DNA of 32,000 nt from Candidatus Saccharimonadota bacterium (GTDB lineage Bacteria > Patescibacteriota > Saccharimonadia > Saccharimonadales > Saccharimonadaceae), in NCBI GenBank assembly GCA_016700015.1, contig CP064995.1, positions 780,001 through 812,000 of the forward strand. The letters run 5' to 3'. Under the pieces are notes generated by a model. That model was not told the DNA's origin and made no database searches. It saw only the letters and a program-made list of their open reading frames with translations. The translations under genes and the position numbers were made by a program. Below, piece by piece: positions 1 to 6,963 of the stretch (positions within the stretch are counted from its first letter, which is position 1; each line of letters starts with the position of its first letter).

Positions 1-2010
1 GCAGCGAAACTTGTTAAGGCTAGTGTTGTAGTACATGGCCCCGTTGAAACCACCTGGGTCAGTTGCTTGATTGTATGAATCGAGTACGAAGAGTGCGGCA
101 TTACTATCGGTTCCGGGTAGTCCTATCTGCACCGTAAAGTTAGTCGTGTCAGCCGTAAATAAATTTACTCCAGCGGCATTGTTGATCTGCACGGCCGTTG
201 TTGAATTGGTCGCATTCTGCAAATTCACTCGTCCACCTACACCGAAGTCACCATTAAACTGCACACTTTGCCCAACTGTCAGTGCACCGCTTATCTGGGC
301 TGCCGACCCAACACTCAGCCCGCCATTAATGATCGCGTCGCCCACCAACTGCGTGTTGCCATTAACAGACAACGTACCGAGCTCTGCCCCTCCGGCCTCG
401 AGTTGCTGAACGTAGGCACCACCGACGTCATAGGTTGTAAGTGTATTGGACGTGTAATTAATGACGTAGGCGTAGCGGCCAACAACGCTCACAGCGATTG
501 GCAAGTTACCGGTTCCAACAGTTCCAACACTAGCAGGAGCGGTCGGCGTCGATACATCATAAATACCGAGGGTGTTACCGGTTCCGTTTGTGACGTATAC
601 GTAGCGGCCTTGCACACTGAGAGACTGGGGTGAAGACCCAGTCGCAACTGAGCCGACGCTGGTTGGCGAAGCAGGATTCTTCACGTCAATCACATTGAGT
701 GCGCTACCGCCATTGTCAATAATATAGGCATAGCGACCCTGAACCGAAACTGCTTTTATATTCGTCCCGATTACTAGTGAGCCTATTACGCTCAGGCTGG
801 CGGGGTTACTAATATTCACAATGTTTAGTGTTGAGTTAGTATTATCAACAATATAGGCATACACACCCTGAATATAGACTGACTGCAATGCGCCTGCACC
901 GATACTAAGCGAACCTGCAACGATTGGTGCGGACGGATTACCGACATCGACAATGGTAAATGTGCCGCTGTTACTACCGACGTAGGCGTAGCGACCTTGC
1001 ACATACACCGAATATGCGCCAGCGACTGATGCTGACCCCATACTCGTTGGGCTTGCTGGGTTACTAACGTCATATATGCTTAATGTGTTACCAACTGCAC
1101 TTGTCACGTAGGCGTAGCGACCTTGCACCGCCACGAAATAGGCGTTAGTACTCGAGATGGTGCCAACACTGACTGGGCTTGCTGGGTTACTTACATCAAA
1201 GACTTTAAGGGCACCAGACGTCGAGTTTGTAGTATAAGCATAACGGCCTTGCACAGCGACTGATCGGGTCGCCGTACCCACGGCCACTGAACCAAGTGAA
1301 GCAGTTGGTAGTCTGCCGCTGACATAGAGTTGGCCAGTACTTGTGCCAAGCGTGCCAACCATGAGCCGATTTGCAGTCGTGTCAACCCTCATAACCGTCG
1401 TTGAGCCAGCTGCATTTTGAACCTGAAAAGCTGTTGCGCTATCAACCTTGATTAAGTTGGTAGACGTCCAGGTGTTACTTGCCCCTACCTGCGCAAAAGC
1501 ACTCGAATCCAACCCATCCAGTAGGTCGGAGTTGAAGCTGTAGGCGCTGGAGGCTAGTTTGTTTCTGGGGGTCATAGGTCCTTCAGTGTAGGATTCACAA
1601 GATGCACCAGTACAGGTAGCTGTAGCGGGGGTTGGGAGCTCTATCTCAAAGTACAGGGTAGCAGTGTCGGTGGTACTAAAGATATTAGCAGGCAGACTCG
1701 ATACATCACCGAGCTGGACACTGAACAGACCGCCAGTGGTGACAGTAACACCAGTACTAGCGCTATTGGCACGTTGCTCACTCCACTTTAGGGTTCCCCC
1801 ACTACTGGCATCATAGATACGGAATTTCATGTTGTAGGTACCAGCAGCCATAGGGTTACCAGAAGCATCGGTCAGGCGGCCTTGGAAGTTTAGCTTGTAG
1901 GGGATGGTGGTGAGGGCGTGAATATTATTAGATACGCAAAACAGCGCTACAAATCCGGAGATAAATGGTAGCGCGAACAATAACAACAACGATTTTTTAG
2001 TCGTGTTTAT
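1..2010 (-). CDS. Large secreted adhesin-like protein, paralogue A. The 3' end runs off the window. Contains a signal peptide, a conserved head module, seven LVIVD-like beta-propeller repeats and a MYYN..KFRC module. Start codon uncertain.
   Basis: The minus-strand frame is open from nt 2025 to nt 1. It has no stop in the window, so it is absent from the ORF track. My translation reads ..KKSLLLLFALPFISGFVALFCVSNNIHA/LTTIPYKLNFQGRLTDASGNPMAAGTYNMKFRIYD.., continues through seven ..VQGRYAYV.. repeats, and ends ..DPGGFNGAMYYNTSLNKFRC at nt 1. There is no ATG or GTG at the 5' end. ATA at 2010..2008 aligns with the TTG start of the paralogue; the first in-frame TTG is at 1989. Confidence 0.8.
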   Translation of the reverse strand, partial: MNTTKKSLLLLFALPFISGFVALFCVSNNIHALTTIPYKLNFQGRLTDASGNPMAAGTYNMKFRIYDASSGGTLKWSEQRANSASTGVTVTTGGLFSVQLGDVSSLPANIFSTTDTATLYFEIELPTPATATCTGASCESYTEGPMTPRNKLASSAYSFNSDLLDGLDSSAFAQVGASNTWTSTNLIKVDSATAFQVQNAAGSTTVMRVDTTANRLMVGTLGTSTGQLYVSGRLPTASLGSVAVGTATRSVAVQGRYAYTTNSTSGALKVFDVSNPASPVSVGTISSTNAYFVAVQGRYAYVTSAVGNTLSIYDVSNPASPTSMGSASVAGAYSVYVQGRYAYVGSNSGTFTIVDVGNPSAPIVAGSLSIGAGALQSVYIQGVYAYIVDNTNSTLNIVNISNPASLSVIGSLVIGTNIKAVSVQGRYAYIIDNGGSALNVIDVKNPASPTSVGSVATGSSPQSLSVQGRYVYVTNGTGNTLGIYDVSTPTAPASVGTVGTGNLPIAVSVVGRYAYVINYTSNTLTTYDVGGAYVQQLEAGGAELGTLSVNGNTQLVGDAIINGGLSVGSAAQISGALTVGQSVQFNGDFGVGGRVNLQNATNSTTAVQINNAAGVNLFTADTTNFTVQIGLPGTDSNAALFVLDSYNQATDPGGFNGAMYYNTSLNKFRC
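410..1300 (-). repeat. Seven tandem in-frame repeats of about 129 bp (43 codons), LVIVD-like, inside paralogue A
   Basis: The DNA motif gta(g/t)gc(g/a)ta(g/a)cg(a/g)cc(t/c)tgcac recurs near 472, 603, 733, 862, 990, 1115 and 1245. It encodes V-Q-G-R-Y-A-Y-V followed by ..L.(I/V).DVSNPasP..vG. Confidence 0.8.
1471..1920 (-). repeat. Copy 1 of a roughly 450-bp direct repeat (head-module coding sequence shared by the two adhesin paralogues)
   Basis: Hand alignment with 4080..4526 shows about 93 % identity over 1507..1920 versus 4113..4526, with one 3-nt indel near the distal end. Confidence 0.9.
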
Positions 2011-2081
2011 TATTTTTCTTCCCGTTTATTATTTATTTTCTCCACACCACTCATAGGTAATGAGAGTATGGCTCATAATAA

Positions 2082-2110
2082 GTTATACTGGTTGTGTTTA
2101 CAAATGTCAA
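2082..2110 (-). promoter_or_regulatory. Sigma70-type promoter upstream of paralogue A
   Basis: On the minus strand: TTGACA (2110..2105), a 17-nt spacer, then TATAAC (2087..2082). Confidence 0.5.
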
Positions 2111-2160
2111 ACAATCCAAGTGATGCCAGTACGCTAATCTGAGCGCAAAGGCTACTGCAG

Positions 2161-2652
2161 CTACTGTTTAGCCTTGAGCGCTTGGCTTATTTTGCTGTCA
2201 TCGCGGAGGTTCTGCCAAAACACTACTTGACTCGACTTTATGGCCATGGTGTCTTCTGGGCCGTATAGTTGGTCGCGAACACGCAAAAGCGTTGTAGTTT
2301 GCTCTGTATCTTTGTTACTCGCCTGCTGTGCAGGTGTTTGTGCGGTATACGGACTACTGACAACCAGGTATTCACCACGAGTATTCTGTAGTTTACCAAA
2401 GTATGCTTGTCCGTTTGTCAGATAGATCACTTGATACTTTGAGGGATCAATTGGTGTATCGCGACCATTCAGAGCATATAGCACTATCGCAAAAGTCAAG
2501 ATACCAGCAAGCATCACTGCACCCATTAGCGATAGTGAAGACGTTATTCGGGGTGTGCCTCGTCGCAACACAAACCGCTTGCGAGGTACAGCAACCGGGC
2601 GGCTCTCATCTTTTAGCGCTTCATCAGACTTTGACTTCACTTCTACCTTCAT
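2161..2652 (-). CDS. Small membrane-anchored protein (single N-terminal TM helix), function unknown
   Basis: 163-aa ORF with a basic N-terminus, the TM helix LSLMGAVMLAGILTFAIVLYAL and a soluble C-terminal domain. A TATACT box lies 6 nt upstream of the ATG. No family recognised. Confidence 0.7.
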   Translation of the reverse strand: MKVEVKSKSDEALKDESRPVAVPRKRFVLRRGTPRITSSLSLMGAVMLAGILTFAIVLYALNGRDTPIDPSKYQVIYLTNGQAYFGKLQNTRGEYLVVSSPYTAQTPAQQASNKDTEQTTTLLRVRDQLYGPEDTMAIKSSQVVFWQNLRDDSKISQALKAKQ

Positions 2653-2658
2653 ACCACT

Positions 2659-2664
2659 AGTATA
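2659..2664 (-). promoter_or_regulatory. -10 box (TATACT) 6 nt upstream of ATG 2652; putative leaderless promoter
   Basis: Minus strand reads ggTATACTagtggtATG, with TTCACA 18 nt further upstream. Confidence 0.45.
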
Positions 2665-2670
2665 CCTGAC

Positions 2671-3063
2671 TTACCGTGCGGTTGTGAATTCCATCTCGGC
2701 TTGCAAGTAGTCGATGTCGACTGTCCGAGCCGTCGTACCGACCGATTTGAGTATTTGTGAACCAAAACCAAGCGCTCGAGCAGTACCGGTCGGGATATTG
2801 GCCGTATGAGTCGCCACTAGTGTGCCATTGATATAGAACCCGACACTGGTACCAGCTGCATTGACAATGATGCCAAGTTTAACCCATGTACCTGCACCGA
2901 CTGCCGTGGTGGTGGTGGTCCACGTCCGAGTGCTGTTCGAAGACGTGACGACTTGCCAGTTTGCGCTCGCCGTCGAACCAGTCGATACACCACCTTCATC
3001 ATAGACAAAACTGACAGCATCGACTTGGTTAGCCGTGGTCGAATCATAGAAGCCGACTACCAT
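2671..3063 (-). CDS. LamG/ConA-like jelly-roll domain. Most likely the frameshifted C-terminal part of ORF 3057..4622 rather than an independent gene.
   Basis: 130-aa ORF with ..TWVKLGIIVNAAGTSVGFYINGTLVATH..IDYLQAE... Its frame stays open upstream of the ATG. It joins the 3057..4622 frame if one G is added to the G5 run at 3127..3131. Confidence 0.6.
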   Translation of the reverse strand: MVVGFYDSTTANQVDAVSFVYDEGGVSTGSTASANWQVVTSSNSTRTWTTTTTAVGAGTWVKLGIIVNAAGTSVGFYINGTLVATHTANIPTGTARALGFGSQILKSVGTTARTVDIDYLQAEMEFTTAR

Positions 3064-4622
3064 GCTATAGCGATTCGTCGCACCAGAAAGTGTCGTGACG
3101 TTGACGGCTGTTTCGTACAGTGTGAGCCCCCACCTAATGCTAATGCATTTGTTGTCGAGCCGAATGCCGCTCGTCCGGTCGTCGTCGTACCAGTCGTCGA
3201 ACGAAATGTACCAGGGCGGTTTGTGGCAATGGTTGCGTTACTCGTCGCTGTGGCAGCACCGGTGCCAGTCGAGCTGGCGAAAACATCACCCGTTGTCGTA
3301 AATGACCCCAGCAGGTCATTGGCATAGCGATAACCCGATGTAGAGTCAGTATTGCCGATACAATTACGCCATATGCCAGCTTCATAGCAGCGAAAGGCAT
3401 CTTTCGCGGTGCTATAGTACATCGAACCAGCAACCCCAGTCGGGTCGGATGCCGACGAGGCGTTGCTGAGTACAAGGGTAATTGGGTTGGTTGTTACCGA
3501 TGAGCCGCCGATATATATCCGCGCGCTTGTACTATCAGCGACAAATAGCTTTGTGCTGGCGGCAGTTTGTAGCGTGAAAGCCGTTGCCGACGCCGATGGC
3601 ACAGTAAATTGCGCTGCACCAGTGCTGCTAACATCAAAGAGCGCTGTACCGAGCCCACCGGCATTACTCCCCCGCACGGCAAATAACGTACCAGCAATGG
3701 TGGTATCGGCATCTTGAATATCGAACCCGGCCCGTGTGGCATCAGCCTTGATCTCCGGTGTTGTGCCACCAGTCGAGGCGGTGTAGGCCGTCTGCAGCGT
3801 CGCGCCGCCAGCAGCCGTAATACAATCCGTCCATGCGCCCTGGTAGCAACGAAACTTACCCGACGTTGAGTTGTAGTACATCGCACCGTTGGTCGATGTC
3901 GCACCCGCTCCAGGATCTGCAGTGTTAGTATCGAGCACCAGCACCTGACTAGTGCTATCTGCAGTGCCTATCTTGACCAGCGCATTTGCGGTATCAGCTG
4001 TCAGTACATTGGTACCACTTGCGCCAACAGTAAATGCCATGCTGCTCGACAGGTTCACGCCAAGTGTACCGGTAAAGCTGGTGTTACTCCCTACCTGTGC
4101 AAACGCCGCACTATCCAACCCATCCAATAGGTCACTGTTAAAGCTGTAGGCGCTGGAGGCGAGTTTGTTTCTGGGGGTCATGGGGCCTTCGGTGTAGGAT
4201 TCACAAGATGCACCAGTACAGGTAGCGGTAGCGGGGGTTGGGAGTTCGATCTCAAAGTACAGGGTAGCAGTGTCGGTGGTACTGAAGATGTTAGCTGGCA
4301 AGCTCGATACATCACCAAGTTGGACACTGAACAAGCCGCCAGTGGTGACGGTGACACCAGTGCTAGCGCTGTTGGCACGTTGTTCACTCCACTTTAGGGT
4401 TCCCCCACTACTGGCATCATAGATACGGAATTTCATGTTGTAGGTACCAGCAGCCATAGGATTACCAGAAGCATCAGTCAGGCGGCCTTGGAAGTTTAGC
4501 TTATAGGGGATGGTGGTGAGGGCGTGGACAGAGGCCGGGAACGCAAAATTGACCAGGAATGCCATGATTGCTGGTACAGCGAAGAATAACACCGCTTGAA
4601 TTTGTCTTTTAGTGAACCTCAA
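3057..4622 (-). CDS. Large secreted adhesin-like protein, paralogue B (probably truncated by a frameshift)
   Basis: 521-aa ORF with a TTG start and GGAG 7 nt upstream. Signal peptide ..FPASVHA/LTT. The head module is protein-identical to paralogue A. It carries two G.MYY..FRCY..W..C modules. The last roughly 22 aa (SHCTKQPSTSRHFLVRRIAIAW) look like out-of-frame read-through. Confidence 0.8.
   Translation of the reverse strand: MRFTKRQIQAVLFFAVPAIMAFLVNFAFPASVHALTTIPYKLNFQGRLTDASGNPMAAGTYNMKFRIYDASSGGTLKWSEQRANSASTGVTVTTGGLFSVQLGDVSSLPANIFSTTDTATLYFEIELPTPATATCTGASCESYTEGPMTPRNKLASSAYSFNSDLLDGLDSAAFAQVGSNTSFTGTLGVNLSSSMAFTVGASGTNVLTADTANALVKIGTADSTSQVLVLDTNTADPGAGATSTNGAMYYNSTSGKFRCYQGAWTDCITAAGGATLQTAYTASTGGTTPEIKADATRAGFDIQDADTTIAGTLFAVRGSNAGGLGTALFDVSSTGAAQFTVPSASATAFTLQTAASTKLFVADSTSARIYIGGSSVTTNPITLVLSNASSASDPTGVAGSMYYSTAKDAFRCYEAGIWRNCIGNTDSTSGYRYANDLLGSFTTTGDVFASSTGTGAATATSNATIATNRPGTFRSTTGTTTTGRAAFGSTTNALALGGGSHCTKQPSTSRHFLVRRIAIAW
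4080..4526 (-). repeat. Copy 2 of the roughly 450-bp direct repeat (head-module coding sequence)
   Basis: See the feature at 1471..1920. Confidence 0.9.
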
Positions 4623-4672
4623 TTACTAGCTCCGTTTAATGCGGCTAAGGTATAGTATACTGCTTATGACAA

Positions 4673-5560
4673 CTATTTGACAAGGATTCGAGTAACTTTT
4701 TTGTGAGTACGATACCTATGTTTTTTTCGTCGGTTATATACATAGAGCGCTATCACAATCAATGCAACGGCGATAATCGGCATGAGCCAGCGCCAGTAGC
4801 CAGTTATGGCAAAGACTACTCGTGATTTGCTGTCACCCCCAGTCGAGGCTTCAATTAGTACAAATCCGAAGTAATTACCCGGCTGTCGGTAGTCAATGGT
4901 ACGGGTCCGGCCACTAAAGACAAGTGGGCCCTTTGCCGTAGTGGTACCATAGGGCTTCATGTCAATTTTGATCTTAGGGAAGAAACCGGTGGACAGGTTG
5001 GGATCGGCCGTATTGGTAACTGCTAGCTGGGCCTGCACTACCTCACCAATCTGCAAAAATGGTGCCGAAATTTCACTAATCGTCGCATAGTGTTGAGAGG
5101 GAGTTCCGTTTTGGATCATAAGCAGTGTACCCACTCGCACTGATTGCATCGCACTCAATGAACCGATGGGTGTTGTCGACGCAAAAATCACTGCAAATAC
5201 ATCTCCCCCAGGCAACTTTTTACTATCGATTGCAAATGCCAGCCGCAGCGTCTCGCGCGGGCCAATCTGCGCTTCAGTGTAGTCAAGTCGTATACCCGCT
5301 GCAATTTGTTCGCTTGGGTAAAACTGCAGCGACCCGTCATCATCAATCTGACGAAATGCCTGGACCTCAAATCGAACCGTTTGCGCAGTGCTATCGCTGT
5401 TTGAAATATCCACGAACCCCTTTTTGGTTTCGCCTTTTGCGAGCGTAGTTTCGTAACTGAGTGGTGCGGTGCGCAGCGACAGTGCCGATGCGTGCGCACC
5501 AATTGCTACAGAAACTGTCAATGCGCACACTACACCCCAGGCTAGATGCAATACTCTCAC
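4673..5560 (-). CDS. Cell-surface protein: signal peptide, beta-rich ectodomain, C-terminal TM anchor with a basic tail (CscA/DUF916-like layout)
   Basis: 295-aa ORF. Its GTG start overlaps the upstream stop (GTGA at 5557..5560). Signal peptide ..AIGAHASA/LS, C-terminal helix WLMPIIAVALIVIALYVY, then NRRKKHRYRTHKK. Homology to DUF916/DUF3324 is unverified. Confidence 0.7.
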   Translation of the reverse strand: MRVLHLAWGVVCALTVSVAIGAHASALSLRTAPLSYETTLAKGETKKGFVDISNSDSTAQTVRFEVQAFRQIDDDGSLQFYPSEQIAAGIRLDYTEAQIGPRETLRLAFAIDSKKLPGGDVFAVIFASTTPIGSLSAMQSVRVGTLLMIQNGTPSQHYATISEISAPFLQIGEVVQAQLAVTNTADPNLSTGFFPKIKIDMKPYGTTTAKGPLVFSGRTRTIDYRQPGNYFGFVLIEASTGGDSKSRVVFAITGYWRWLMPIIAVALIVIALYVYNRRKKHRYRTHKKVTRILVK

Positions 5561-6936
5561 GGGGTCATCGTTCCTGTAGTGGTAATCACATTGGTATATG
5601 TGCCAGTAGGCTGACTCAAACTGACATCAAGCCGAAGCCGCATATTAAGCACGTCTTTAGATGAGGGCTGGCCAGTACGTGTATAGAATGTGGTGCTCGT
5701 TCCTGGAAACGCGGCATAGGCCGCGCCACTACTCCATTTACCCGGTATCGCTGTTGCGTTGGTACCATACAGCGTAAAGCCGAGTCCTTTTGTCGTCCCC
5801 TCTACCCACGTCACAGGGCTCGCTATCGTGCCCGACACTGCATTAATAGTATCGGCACCTTTAGTGAGGTCATTATTCTGATTAACAGCCAACGTATAGC
5901 CATTAATCGAATCAGTTAGCACCACCGCATCGTAATTGCTTGTCTGCGAAATACCAGGCACGATGCCAGATGCAAACCCTAGTCCGGCGGTATTCCCAGC
6001 CACACCCGCGTCATATTCAGCTTTTACCTCGCTTGGTGTAAATGAGCGATTAAACATTTTCACTTCGTCAAGCGAACCATTAAAATACCTACCGAGGCCA
6101 CGCATCGCACCAATCGTCAGATACGATGAGCTGTCCTGTAATGAACTTGGTATCGTCCCTAAACAGACAGACATTGGGCGAACAACACCGTCAATATATA
6201 CCTTTGCTCGATCGAGTGCAGTGCTCTGCGTCCCATCATAGACAAGCGCAACATGATGCCATGAACCAGCCGACCAGGCTCCGTCTGTGTCGACACAGTT
6301 TCCGCCTGTATCGCCCTGACTGCTCGCGATAAAAACGCGCAGGACACTTGCACTTGTCCCGGTCTGCAGCGCCCATGAACTACTTACTGCTTGATTCCAA
6401 TGTGCAATGAGCGCTTTGTCCGTCGAGGCGGATGCCTGATTTGCCCAGAGTGAAACCGTCATGTTCTGGCTAAACGTAAGGTTGGCGCTGTCAGGCACCT
6501 GCACATACGAACTGGCATTGGCGCTAACGCCGTTTCCTACTTTGCCGGTCACCCATGTTGCACCAACCTGAAGATCAGCATTATTCGTGTTTATGCTGCT
6601 ATCTCTCGTGAACGTACCTGAGTTTTCTTCTAGTGGATAGTAGGCTTTCAGACCACCCGGCTGCACTGTCAGTTGCAGACTGTTCTTCAACTGCGCCACG
6701 TATCCACCGGCCAACATGTAGCTACCGCCTGCGCCATTACCAACAATACTTTCTCCACCGCTACCCGTCAGCTTATAGCTTGTTGAACTCTCGCTGCCAC
6801 CGAAATTATTGGCAACACTAGCATCGATCACGTAACTTGTCGATGTAAAGCGATAGGCGGCAATAGTATCAACAAAGCATCCTGCCAACACCAGCACAAA
6901 TGCCGTCATCATCCCCTTGGTATACATACCTCTCAT
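5557..6936 (-). CDS. Secreted LamG (Laminin_G_3 / concanavalin A-like lectin) domain protein with a C-terminal WxL-like domain
   Basis: 459-aa ORF. The block LKAYYPLEENSGTFTRDSS..TVSLWANQ..WHHVALVYDG..KVYIDGV..LTIGA..YFNGSLDEVKMFNRSFTPSEV fits the LamG signature. The C-terminal roughly 125 aa resemble the 202-aa protein at 8679..9287. Confidence 0.8.
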   Translation of the reverse strand: MRGMYTKGMMTAFVLVLAGCFVDTIAAYRFTSTSYVIDASVANNFGGSESSTSYKLTGSGGESIVGNGAGGSYMLAGGYVAQLKNSLQLTVQPGGLKAYYPLEENSGTFTRDSSINTNNADLQVGATWVTGKVGNGVSANASSYVQVPDSANLTFSQNMTVSLWANQASASTDKALIAHWNQAVSSSWALQTGTSASVLRVFIASSQGDTGGNCVDTDGAWSAGSWHHVALVYDGTQSTALDRAKVYIDGVVRPMSVCLGTIPSSLQDSSSYLTIGAMRGLGRYFNGSLDEVKMFNRSFTPSEVKAEYDAGVAGNTAGLGFASGIVPGISQTSNYDAVVLTDSINGYTLAVNQNNDLTKGADTINAVSGTIASPVTWVEGTTKGLGFTLYGTNATAIPGKWSSGAAYAAFPGTSTTFYTRTGQPSSKDVLNMRLRLDVSLSQPTGTYTNVITTTGTMTP

Positions 6937-6963
6937 GCTATGTTTAGTATAGCAAACTGTAAT

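Noticed and set aside
1471-4526. The 450-bp repeat pair as template/variable repeats of a diversity-generating retroelement
   Set aside because: The mismatches are mostly transitions of all types at synonymous third positions, not adenine-specific. The protein sequence is invariant rather than hypervariable. No reverse transcriptase gene is present in the window.
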